Shown here: piece by piece, positions 1 through 6,987 of the stretch | Numbering within the stretch: position 1 is the stretch's first letter | Layout of the letters: each line of letters starts with the position of its first letter | Assembly (NCBI GenBank): GCA_028288875.1 | Contig: JAQGHK010000536.1 | Location: 1-28,551, forward strand | Origin: Phycisphaerales bacterium | GTDB taxonomy: Bacteria; Planctomycetota; Phycisphaerae; Tepidisphaerales; Tepidisphaeraceae | Direction: 5' to 3' | Length of the DNA stretch: 28,551 bases | The notes under the pieces: generated by a model | Told to the model about the DNA's origin: nothing | The model's input: only the letters and a program-made list of their open reading frames with translations | Databases searched by the model: none | Position numbers and translations under genes: made by a program

Positions 1-458
1 GCTTTGGCGATGGCGATCGGGTCCGGCGTGGGCGTGGCCGGTGCGTACCGGTCGGCCGGGGGCTCGGTTGGCATTTGAAAGTTCGGCCGCGGAGGGGCCT
101 GCTGGTTCAGGGTCTCCAGGCGGGCGATGCGCTCGTCGGCGTCGTTGATCAAGGCTTCCAGCTTGGCCGAGCGCGTGTCGAGCTGGGCCGTCATCTTGCG
201 GCTCATCTCGCTGAACTCGACGAGCAGCGCCTCGAACTGCCGCTCGGTGCTGCGCTGCTGGGCCAGGCTGCGCGTCTGGAACGGCGTGTCCATCGGGTCA
301 CGCTTGGTCTTGCGCTTGTTCAGCCGCATCATCGTGTAAACGATGAACAGGGTGGCGCCGCCCATGATGATGTAGGTGGTCGTTTGGTCCTGCGGCGGCG
401 GCGTGACGGCGAGCAATGGGCTCATCGATGTCGCGAGAAGAAAGGTGATGTCGATCAC
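1..458 (-). CDS. Hypothetical single-pass membrane protein with coiled coil and Pro-rich linker (3' end runs off the window)
   Basis: Not in the ORF track; translated by hand: (M)IDITFLLATSMSPLLAVTPPPQDQTTTYIIMGGATLFIVYTMMRLNKRKTKRDPMD...QFEALLVEFSEMSRKMTAQLDTRSAKLEALINDADERIARLETLNQQAPPRP..., open to base 1. The GTG at 458 overlaps the prmC stop (GTGA) and has GGAGG just upstream; ATG at 425 is an in-frame alternative start. Confidence 0.75.
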   Translation of the reverse strand, partial: MIDITFLLATSMSPLLAVTPPPQDQTTTYIIMGGATLFIVYTMMRLNKRKTKRDPMDTPFQTRSLAQQRSTERQFEALLVEFSEMSRKMTAQLDTRSAKLEALINDADERIARLETLNQQAPPRPNFQMPTEPPADRYAPATPTPDPIAIAK

Positions 459-1357
459 TTGGCCTCCCCTTTCGTGGCGACCAGCACGCGCGGGTTACCG
501 CCGTAATCTCGAATGATCTTGGCGTCGGTGAAGACCGGATAATCGGCCGCCATGGCGAGCGCGGTTTCGTGCTGATCGAAGGCGATTTCCAGCATGATTC
601 GCCCGCCGTCGCGCAACCAGTGGCCGGCGGCGGCTTCCATGATTTTGCGGTGCGGCACGAGGCCGTCGGGCCCGCCGTCGAGCGCGAGCATCGGTTCGTA
701 ATCTTTTACGTTGCGCGGCAGGCCGGCCAATTGCTCGGTCGCGATGTACGGCGGGTTGGCCACGATCAGATCGAACGGCGACGGATCGACAATGCCCTTG
801 AGCGCGTCGAACAGATCGCCTTGATAAATGCTGACGCGGTCGGCGACGCCATTCGTTTCAACATTCTGCCGGGCGACTGTGAGGGCGGCTTCGGAAATGT
901 CGGTGGCGACGAGCTGGGCACCCTTCGCATGCTTGGCGATCGCCACGGCCACCGCGCCGCTGCCGGTGCACAGATCCAGCACACGAGGGCTTTCAAAGCC
1001 GATGACATTGCGGAACAGCTGCAGCACCTGTTCGACCAGCGTTTCCGTGTCCGGCCGGGGGATCAGCACGTCGCGGCTGACGTGCAATTCGCAATTGAAA
1101 AAGTGCGTGGTGCCGGTGAGATAGGCGATCGGCTCTTCCTCGCCGGCCCGCTTCACCAACTCACGCAGGCGGACGAGTTGGGCGTCTTCCAGTACGCGCT
1201 GGTAGTCGGTGTAGAGCTTGATGCGCGGCACGCCGAGCACATGGGCGACGAGCAATTCGGCACACAGGCGCGGGGCATCAATCTTCTTGCGCTCAAAGAA
1301 ACCGCGCGTCCACGCGAGGATGCGTTCGATCGTCCAGGCCAAATCCGTTTGTGCCAT
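455..1357 (-). CDS. prmC: Release factor glutamine methyltransferase PrmC/HemK
   Basis: DVLIPRPDTETLVE, SAM-binding LDLCTGSG, catalytic NPPY, and EP..ALDGGPDGL. Confidence 0.97.
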   Translation of the reverse strand: MAQTDLAWTIERILAWTRGFFERKKIDAPRLCAELLVAHVLGVPRIKLYTDYQRVLEDAQLVRLRELVKRAGEEEPIAYLTGTTHFFNCELHVSRDVLIPRPDTETLVEQVLQLFRNVIGFESPRVLDLCTGSGAVAVAIAKHAKGAQLVATDISEAALTVARQNVETNGVADRVSIYQGDLFDALKGIVDPSPFDLIVANPPYIATEQLAGLPRNVKDYEPMLALDGGPDGLVPHRKIMEAAAGHWLRDGGRIMLEIAFDQHETALAMAADYPVFTDAKIIRDYGGNPRVLVATKGEAK

Positions 1358-1365
1358 TGGGCGGG

Positions 1366-1371
1366 AGTATA
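1366..1371 (-). promoter_or_regulatory. Putative -10 box TATACT, 8 nt before the prmC ATG (leaderless signature)
   Basis: Minus strand reads TATACT-cccgccca-ATG, with no SD. Confidence 0.45.
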
Positions 1372-1375
1372 GGTT

Positions 1376-2479
1376 TTAAGGCGCCGCGGGGCGACACGCC
1401 GGCGTGAATGAGCCGAGGAGTGCCGGTTTTGTCGCGCCCGTGACCCGGGGCATGTAGCAGGGCAGGCGATCGAGATGGGCCGCACCGAGCAGCGCGAAGG
1501 CGGCGGCCTCGCGGGCTTGGGTGGGCATGCCGAGGGCGTCGGTCGGCCGCCAAGGGCCGGTGCCGGCGTCTAAAAGGGACATGAGATGCGTGTTTTGCAC
1601 GCCGCCACCTGCGACGAATCGCCCGCCGGTCGATCGGCCGATCGCTTTCTGAACGGCCATCGCGGCGATGGAATTGGCGGTGGCGAGTTGGTCCTCCAAG
1701 GATGCCTTGGCCCGGGCAGTTAAGGCTTTTTCAAACAGGGCGATCATGGCCGGGGTGTCGGTCGATTTCGGCGGCGGGCGGGTGAAAAAATCGTCGGCCA
1801 AGACCGTATCAATGACGTCTTTCATGGCCGCTCCGCTCGATGCTCGCTGGCCGCCAATATCAACGCCGCCGTGGTCTCGCATCAGCCAATCGCTCAGGCA
1901 ATTCGCCGGGCCGACGTCGTAACCCTGCACGTCTTCAAGCCCGCAGCCGCCCGGAAGGATCGTGACGTTGGCGATCCCGCCCAGATTCAGCAGAACGCGA
2001 TCTTCTGATGCCCGGAACATCACCCAATCGCCGAATGGCACCAGCGGCGCCCCCTGCCCGCCGGCCGCGCAATCGGCCCGGCGGAAATCGCTGATGACGT
2101 CGATCTTCGTCCGCTCGGCCAGCACGGACGGGTCAAACGCCTGCACCGTCAGCGGCGGCTGGTGGAATAACGTCTGCCCGTGAGCGGCCAGGGCGGTAAT
2201 CTCCGCCGGCTTTTGCCCCGTCTCGGCGAGCAGCGCCAGCACGCAGTCCGCGTACCGCTCGGCGACCGCGCTGGCGACCTGCGCTTCGGCCCGCACGCCC
2301 GATCCCGGTTTCCGGGCCAGGCGGATCAAATGGCGGGTTTCCGCGGCGTAATCGACCGAGGTCAGGTGCAGAAACGCCGCTCGCATCGCCGGGCCGGCGC
2401 CGGTCACGCGGACCAAGGCCGCGTCGACCCCGTCGCAACTGGTGCCGGACATGATCCCAATGAACAGACGCTCCAGCAT
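1376..2479 (-). CDS. anmK: Anhydro-N-acetylmuramic acid kinase
   Basis: IGIMSGTSCDGVDAAL, HGQTLFH, DFRRADCAAGGQGAPLVP, LNLGGIAN, PPKST, REAAAFALLG. Start moved to the ATG at 2479 because the conserved GxMSGTS motif follows immediately. Confidence 0.95.
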   Translation of the reverse strand: MLERLFIGIMSGTSCDGVDAALVRVTGAGPAMRAAFLHLTSVDYAAETRHLIRLARKPGSGVRAEAQVASAVAERYADCVLALLAETGQKPAEITALAAHGQTLFHQPPLTVQAFDPSVLAERTKIDVISDFRRADCAAGGQGAPLVPFGDWVMFRASEDRVLLNLGGIANVTILPGGCGLEDVQGYDVGPANCLSDWLMRDHGGVDIGGQRASSGAAMKDVIDTVLADDFFTRPPPKSTDTPAMIALFEKALTARAKASLEDQLATANSIAAMAVQKAIGRSTGGRFVAGGGVQNTHLMSLLDAGTGPWRPTDALGMPTQAREAAAFALLGAAHLDRLPCYMPRVTGATKPALLGSFTPACRPAAP

Positions 2480-2486
2480 GCCGGGC

Positions 2487-2492
2487 AGTGTA
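2487..2492 (-). promoter_or_regulatory. Putative -10 box TACACT, 7 nt before the anmK ATG (leaderless signature)
   Basis: Minus strand reads TACACT-gcccggc-ATG, with no SD. Confidence 0.45.
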
Positions 2493-2508
2493 GCTGCAGC
2501 GGTCAATT

Positions 2509-2587
2509 CGCGTAGCCGCGAGCTTGCTCGCGGTTGGGCTCCGTGAAATGAAGTCGACAGATGCGCGAGCAAGCTCGCGGCTACGCG
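2509..2587. repeat. REP doublet (GTAG type): perfect 24-bp inverted repeat with 31-nt spacer
   Basis: CGCGTAGCCGCGAGCTTGCTCGCG (2509-2532) and its exact reverse complement (2564-2587). Each arm is GTAG followed by an internal palindrome CGCGAGC-TT-GCTCGCG. Confidence 0.85.
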
Positions 2588-2621
2588 GCACCTCCATTTT
2601 CCCCTATCCGTTGATTGGTAT

Positions 2622-2650
2622 TTGGGTCTGGTTAGCGCCCGGCATATACT
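2622..2650 (+). promoter_or_regulatory. Putative sigma70-type promoter for the clpS operon
   Basis: TTGGGT-N17-TATACT; GGAG at 2657-2660 precedes the ATG at 2668. Confidence 0.45.
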
Positions 2651-2667
2651 GAATCCGGAGTACGCCC

Positions 2668-2997
2668 ATGCCCGACGACGACAAGAAAGTTCACCTGCCC
2701 AGCGGCGGCGCCGCCACCAAGGAAAAGCCCAAACCCCAGGGCCAGCCCAAGCCGCCGCAACCGCTGCCGCCGTGGAAAGTGCTGCTGCACAACGACGATA
2801 AGAACGACATGGTTTTCGTGATCGAGTCGATCGTCAGCCTCACGCCGCTGAACGAGCAGGCCGCTCTCGTCCGCATGAAGGAAGCCCACGACACCGGCGT
2901 CGCCCTCCTGCTGGTGACGCACAAGGAGCGAGCCGAGCTGTATCAGGAGCAGTTTCAGACCAAAGGTTTGACGGTAACGATCGAGCCGGCGGAATAA
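2668..2997 (+). CDS. clpS: ATP-dependent Clp protease adaptor ClpS
   Basis: PPWKVLLHNDD..MVFVI, MKEAHDTGVALL, ERAELYQEQF. Confidence 0.93.
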   Translation: MPDDDKKVHLPSGGAATKEKPKPQGQPKPPQPLPPWKVLLHNDDKNDMVFVIESIVSLTPLNEQAALVRMKEAHDTGVALLLVTHKERAELYQEQFQTKGLTVTIEPAE

Positions 2998-3014
2998 CCT
3001 GAAAAGGGGCTCGT

Positions 3015-3218
3015 ATGTATGCAATTGAAGTAGAGCAGGAAGTCGACGGCCGCTGGATCGCGGAAGTACCGGAGCTTCCCGGCGTGATGGCGTACGGCCC
3101 TTCCCGCGACGTCGCCGTGCGAGGTGCTCAGGCCCTTTCACTTCGAATTTTGGCCGACCGGTTGGAGCACGGCGAAGCGTTGCCGCAGGTTGAAAACGTC
3201 TTTTCCATCGTGGCTTGA
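3015..3218 (+). CDS. hicB: HicB-family antitoxin (short form, no C-terminal DNA-binding domain)
   Basis: EQEVDGRWIAEVPELPGVMAYGPSRDVAV is the HicB-like partial RNase H fold; adjacent to a HicA gene. Confidence 0.85.
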   Translation: MYAIEVEQEVDGRWIAEVPELPGVMAYGPSRDVAVRGAQALSLRILADRLEHGEALPQVENVFSIVA

Positions 3219-3220
3219 TC

Positions 3221-3433
3221 ATGTCGCAGTGGCCCTCGACCCGTGCCAATCGTGTGCTTTCAGCATTGCTTCGGATCGGATGGTCGATCAAACGGCAAAC
3301 CGGATCTCACCGGACCCTACAGCGGCCGAATTGGCCGGATGTCGTGTTCGCATTTCATGATCGCGATGAGATCGGGCCGCGCATGCTGGCCCGGATTGCT
3401 AAGCAGACCGGGCTCCAACCAGACGACCTTTAA
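3221..3433 (+). CDS. hicA: HicA-family toxin (mRNA interferase)
   Basis: GWSIKRQTGSHRTL (catalytic GSH), FAFHDRDEIGPRMLARIAKQTGL; ATG 2 nt after the hicB stop. Confidence 0.88.
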   Translation: MSQWPSTRANRVLSALLRIGWSIKRQTGSHRTLQRPNWPDVVFAFHDRDEIGPRMLARIAKQTGLQPDDL

Positions 3434-3436
3434 TCC

Positions 3437-4363
3437 ATGCCCGGCGAATTTGAATTCATCGACTGGCTTCGCGCCCGGCAGACGCCGAGTGCGCGCGTGC
3501 CGGTGCCGGCGGGTGATGATCTGGCGGCGTTGCGGTTTGAGGCCGGCGATGGCCTGATCTTGGTCGGCGTCGATCAGATTCTCGATGGCGTGCACTTTGA
3601 TGCGCGGTTGCACGCGCCCGAGCGCATCGGCCGCAAGGCGATGAATCGGAACCTGTCGGACTGTGCCGCGATGGCCTGTCTGCCGACGGCGGCGACGCTG
3701 TCGCTGGCGCTGCCGCGCGGGCTGCCGATCGATTGGACGAAGCGGCTGTACGAAGGCATCGAAGCGGCGGGTCTGGCGTTCGATTGCCCGATCATCGGCG
3801 GCGACACCGGCGTGTGGGACGGGCCGCTGGCGGTGACGGTGAGCATCATCGGCCGGGCGGGCGAAGAGATGGGACAAACGTCGGCGGCGAAGACCGCGGC
3901 CAAGACGATTCCGCCAGTGCGTCGCAGCGGGGCCGTGGCCGGCGACCGCGTTTACGTCACGGGCCCGCTGGGCGGGAGCATTCTTGGGCGGCATTTGGAT
4001 TTTGTGCCGCGCGTGCGCGAGGCGCGGGAACTGGTGGCCCGCCATCGCATCTCGGCGATGATCGATCTCTCCGATGGCCTGTCGCGCGACGTGGCGCACC
4101 TCGCCCGCGAAAGCAGCGTCGGCATCGTACTGAACGCGGCGGCCGTTCCGATTCACGGCGATGTCGCACGGCTAAACGACAACCGCGCGCCGCTGGACCA
4201 TGCCTTGCACGACGGCGAGGATTACGAACTCTGCTTCACCGGCGAAGGGGGGATCGCATCGGCCATCGAAGTGGGCCGAGTGGTTGCCGAGCCCGACGTA
4301 TGGATCGAATTTAACGGTCAGCGGCAGCCCCTGACGAAGGGCGCTTTCGAGCACCGATTGTAG
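3437..4363 (+). CDS. thiL: Thiamine-monophosphate kinase
   Basis: EFEFI, GDDLAA, DGVHF, GRKAMNRNLSDCAAM, IIGGDT, MIDLSDGL, GEDYELCFT. Confidence 0.95.
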   Translation: MPGEFEFIDWLRARQTPSARVPVPAGDDLAALRFEAGDGLILVGVDQILDGVHFDARLHAPERIGRKAMNRNLSDCAAMACLPTAATLSLALPRGLPIDWTKRLYEGIEAAGLAFDCPIIGGDTGVWDGPLAVTVSIIGRAGEEMGQTSAAKTAAKTIPPVRRSGAVAGDRVYVTGPLGGSILGRHLDFVPRVREARELVARHRISAMIDLSDGLSRDVAHLARESSVGIVLNAAAVPIHGDVARLNDNRAPLDHALHDGEDYELCFTGEGGIASAIEVGRVVAEPDVWIEFNGQRQPLTKGAFEHRL

Positions 4364-4369
4364 GACGAC

Positions 4370-4549
4370 CTCTGGCCCCTCGCCCGGCATGGCCGGGAGA
4401 GGGTTGGGGAGCGGGCTTCAAACGGTTATCACTGCGGACGCGCTCTGGGATAGCAAGTATGTCTGAACGTCTGAATTCACTTACACCGATCGAATCGTTC
4501 GTCGCCGGCCCTCACCCTAACCCTCTTTCGGCAGGAGAGGGGACCAGAG
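4370..4549. repeat. About 180-bp miniature inverted-repeat element (CCCTCTCCC/GGGAGAGGG-type hairpin arms)
   Basis: Termini CTCTGG...CCAGAG. The left arm ctctggcccctcgcccggcatggccgggagagggttggggagcgggc is an imperfect reverse complement of the right arm gccggccctcaccctaaccctctttcggcaggagaggggaccagag. Each arm has its own hairpin; the core is about 85 nt with no ORF. Confidence 0.7.
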
Positions 4550-4550
4550 C

Positions 4551-4982
4551 ATGACCTTTACTTCAAACAGTGTCGCGGAAACTGAGCGAATCGCCGGCGA
4601 ATTGGCGGCGACGCTGTGTGGCGGCGACGTGATCGCGTTGCATGGCGACTTGGGGGCCGGGAAAACGCAATTCACGCGCGGGCTGGTGCGAGCCTTTGGT
4701 GGCGACACCGGCATGGTCAGTTCGCCGACGTACGTGCTGCTGCATATCTATCCGACGCCGACGCTGACCATTTTTCACCTGGATGCCTACCGCGTGCACA
4801 GCGGCGAGGATTTTGATTCGGTCGGTTTTGACGAGTTGCTGGAGCAGAACGGCGTGACCGTTTTGGAATGGCCGTCGCGTATTGGCGACCGGCTGCCGGC
4901 AAAGCGGCTGGATGTGAAGATCCAAACAATCGACGAATCGTCGAGGGCGATCCTGATCGAGGATCATCGTTCGGCGGATTAG
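4551..4982 (+). CDS. tsaE: tRNA threonylcarbamoyladenosine biosynthesis ATPase TsaE
   Basis: LHGDLGAGKTQFTRG (Walker A), VSSPTY, HLDAYR, LEWP. Confidence 0.95.
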   Translation: MTFTSNSVAETERIAGELAATLCGGDVIALHGDLGAGKTQFTRGLVRAFGGDTGMVSSPTYVLLHIYPTPTLTIFHLDAYRVHSGEDFDSVGFDELLEQNGVTVLEWPSRIGDRLPAKRLDVKIQTIDESSRAILIEDHRSAD

Positions 4983-5012
4983 CGGGTTCAAATCAGCGCG
5001 GGGACATAAGGT

Positions 5013-5093
5013 CGCGGGTGTAAACCCGCGCACTGCCGCCGCCCTTCAACTCAGCCGCTCACCGTGACAAATCCGCGCGGGTTTACACCCGCG
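5013..5093. repeat. REP-like doublet: perfect 18-bp inverted repeat of a palindromic unit
   Basis: CGCGGGTGTAAACCCGCG (5013-5030) and its exact reverse complement CGCGGGTTTACACCCGCG (5076-5093); a related doublet lies at 28070-28161. Confidence 0.85.
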
Positions 5094-5102
5094 GCCATCG
5101 AG

Positions 5103-5108
5103 TATACT
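5103..5108 (+). promoter_or_regulatory. Putative -10 box TATACT, 7 nt before the purQ GTG (leaderless signature)
   Basis: TATACT-tgccgac-GTG, with no SD. Confidence 0.45.
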
Positions 5109-5115
5109 TGCCGAC

Positions 5116-5889
5116 GTGAAGCCCAAAACGCTAATCCTCCGTACGGCCGGCACGAACTGTGATGGCGAAACCGCCCACGCCTTTGAACTGGCCGGGGCGA
5201 CGGTCGACGTGATTCACCTGAACCGCATTCTGGAGCAGCCGACGCTGCTCGATGGCTACCAGATGCTCGCGCTGGCCGGCGGCTTCAGCTACGGCGACGA
5301 CATCGCAGCCGGCCGAATCCTGGCCAACCAAATCACACAGCGCCTCGGCGACGACGTGCGCCGGTTCATTGACGCCGGCAAGCCCGTCATCGGCATCTGC
5401 AACGGCTTTCAGGTGCTGGTGAAGACCGACCTCCTGCCCGGCAAAATCGGCGACGCCAAGGCCGGCCAGCAATCGGCCACCTTGACGCACAATGACTGCG
5501 GCCGGTTCGTCTGTGAATGGATTCGCGTGAAATCGGTCAGCAAGAAGTGCGTATGGACGGCCGACCTTGGCGAGATTGAATTGCCGATCGCGCACGGCGA
5601 AGGCAAGTTCGTCACCAAATCGCCGGCCGTGCTGGCGGCGCTGCATGAGAACGATCAGATCGCCCTCACGTACGTCGGCACAAACCCGAATGGCAGCACC
5701 GACGCCATCGCCGGCGTGTGCGATGAAAGCGGCCTGGTGCTGGGCCTGATGCCGCACCCGGAGCGGCACGTGCGGGCCGATCAGCACCCGGCGTGGACGA
5801 GCCGCGCGGTGCTGGGTGAAGGACAGGGACTCACGATCTTCCGGAACGCTGTGCGGCATGTCACGTCGGCCGTGGGCAGCGGGGTTTAA
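5116..5889 (+). CDS. purQ: Phosphoribosylformylglycinamidine synthase glutaminase subunit PurQ
   Basis: GTNCD, GGFSYGDDIAAG, catalytic GICNGFQVLV, PIAHGEG, NPNGS..AIAG, GLMPHPER. Confidence 0.96.
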   Translation: MKPKTLILRTAGTNCDGETAHAFELAGATVDVIHLNRILEQPTLLDGYQMLALAGGFSYGDDIAAGRILANQITQRLGDDVRRFIDAGKPVIGICNGFQVLVKTDLLPGKIGDAKAGQQSATLTHNDCGRFVCEWIRVKSVSKKCVWTADLGEIELPIAHGEGKFVTKSPAVLAALHENDQIALTYVGTNPNGSTDAIAGVCDESGLVLGLMPHPERHVRADQHPAWTSRAVLGEGQGLTIFRNAVRHVTSAVGSGV

Positions 5890-5955
5890 GAATTCGGAGA
5901 TCTTTCGATCGCCGGCTAGACGTGGCGTTGACCCGTTTCACGCGATTTTTGTGAA

Positions 5956-6861
5956 TCAGCTCGCCAGCACGGCACGAATCTGCTTCAACCCCGCCATCGC
6001 CGCGGCGGGCGGGTCCTGCAATTCCGTCGGGTCGATCGTCACCGCCGCGTGGTAATCGGCGGCGTCCAGCATTTCAAGAATCAGCCGCCATTGCACATCG
6101 CCGCGGCCGATCATCGTCGATTTCGTGCGGCCGCCTTCGCCGGCGACGGCGTCGCGCGCGCGAACGTGGCGGATTGTCGGGCCGAGGGCATCAAAGAAAT
6201 TGTCGGCCGACCAGTCGTCGCGCAGCAACGCCGTCGTATCAAAGTCCACGCCGAACCAGGGGCAGGAGACGGACTTCAGCAAAGCGTCCAGTGACGCCAA
6301 GCTGCTGAGTGTGCTTCCCATCGCCAGCATGACGCCGTAGCGGTCGGCAATTTCGCCAAGTGCGCCCATGGCCCGCTGCCAGTGGGCCACGACCAGCGGA
6401 TCAACTTTCGCGGCGGCCGGTTCCGGCTCGGCTTCGACGACGGGCTCCGGCAGGATGAGAAAGCCGGCCATCGCGCTCGTGACCGGCGGTTTGGGCTTAA
6501 TCACCTTCGGCGCCGGCGGCAGGCGACCGAGATCCAAACAAACGACAGGAACCGCCAGCGCCGCCGCGGCGCGCAGCACGCCATCGGCCCGGTCCAGCAC
6601 GCGATCCACATCGGCCTTGGGGCCGAGGCCTTCCGCGCCGGATTCCACGCGCAGCGCCACCGGCTGCTGGGCTTGGGCGCTCAGTACGTGCCGCAGTTCG
6701 CGGAAGCCCGTGCCGCTGAGCGTGGTGATATCGAGCGTGCGGGTGATGGCATCGATCGCCAGACCGTCAAACCCGGCGAGGCGCGCTTTAGCGGCGGCCG
6801 ACCGCAAATCATCGCCGAACACGCGGGCGACGGTCGCAAATTTCAGATCAATCACGGACAT
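5956..6861 (-). CDS. Xylose isomerase-like TIM-barrel protein with degenerate metal ligands and a Pro-rich insertion
   Basis: AAAKARLAGFDGLAI, IGRGDVQWRLILEMLDAADYHAAVTI resemble the sugar phosphate isomerase/epimerase family. Start placed at ATG 6861 because TAGCAT lies 6 nt upstream; ATG 6870 is an alternative. Confidence 0.8.
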   Translation of the reverse strand: MSVIDLKFATVARVFGDDLRSAAAKARLAGFDGLAIDAITRTLDITTLSGTGFRELRHVLSAQAQQPVALRVESGAEGLGPKADVDRVLDRADGVLRAAAALAVPVVCLDLGRLPPAPKVIKPKPPVTSAMAGFLILPEPVVEAEPEPAAAKVDPLVVAHWQRAMGALGEIADRYGVMLAMGSTLSSLASLDALLKSVSCPWFGVDFDTTALLRDDWSADNFFDALGPTIRHVRARDAVAGEGGRTKSTMIGRGDVQWRLILEMLDAADYHAAVTIDPTELQDPPAAAMAGLKQIRAVLAS

Positions 6862-6867
6862 TTCCAC

Positions 6868-6873
6868 CATGCT
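6868..6873 (-). promoter_or_regulatory. Putative -10 box TAGCAT, 6 nt before ATG 6861
   Basis: Minus strand reads TAGCAT-gtggaa-ATG. Confidence 0.35.
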
Positions 6874-6885
6874 ACGGTGAATGGC

Positions 6886-6916
6886 GAAAAACGTTTAGCA
6901 ATTGAAAACGTTTCGA
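6886..6916. promoter_or_regulatory. Tandem LacI/GalR-like operator palindromes
   Basis: Two AAACGTTT cores (6889-6896 and 6906-6913; gaaaaacgtttagc and tgaaaacgtttcga) between the divergent TIM-barrel gene and galM; they resemble the LacI-family TGNAANCGNTTNCA consensus. Confidence 0.45.
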
Positions 6917-6947
6917 CGCCGTATCGACCGCCGCACGCCCTTGGCGA

Positions 6948-6953
6948 TACACT
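6948..6953 (+). promoter_or_regulatory. Putative -10 box TACACT for galM
   Basis: TACACT about 35 nt upstream of the ATG; AAGGA SD at 6978-6982. Confidence 0.3.
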
Positions 6954-6987
6954 GCTCCGCTCAATCTTCGCTCAATCAAGGACTCTG

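Noticed and set aside
1376-2479. anmK in a probable planctomycete as evidence of novel cell-wall biology
   Set aside because: Peptidoglycan in Planctomycetota is already established, and anmK is a widespread recycling gene.
2509-5093. Repeat doublets as CRISPR remnants
   Set aside because: They are inverted pairs, not direct repeats with unique regular spacers, and there are no cas genes.
5080-5108. REP arm supplying a -35 (TTTACA) for purQ
   Set aside because: The spacer to TATACT would be only 15 nt, too short to claim.
6382-6987. 201-aa N-terminal extension of galM in the ORF track
   Set aside because: It is antisense to the TIM-barrel gene; an SD and mutarotase homology start at ATG 6988.
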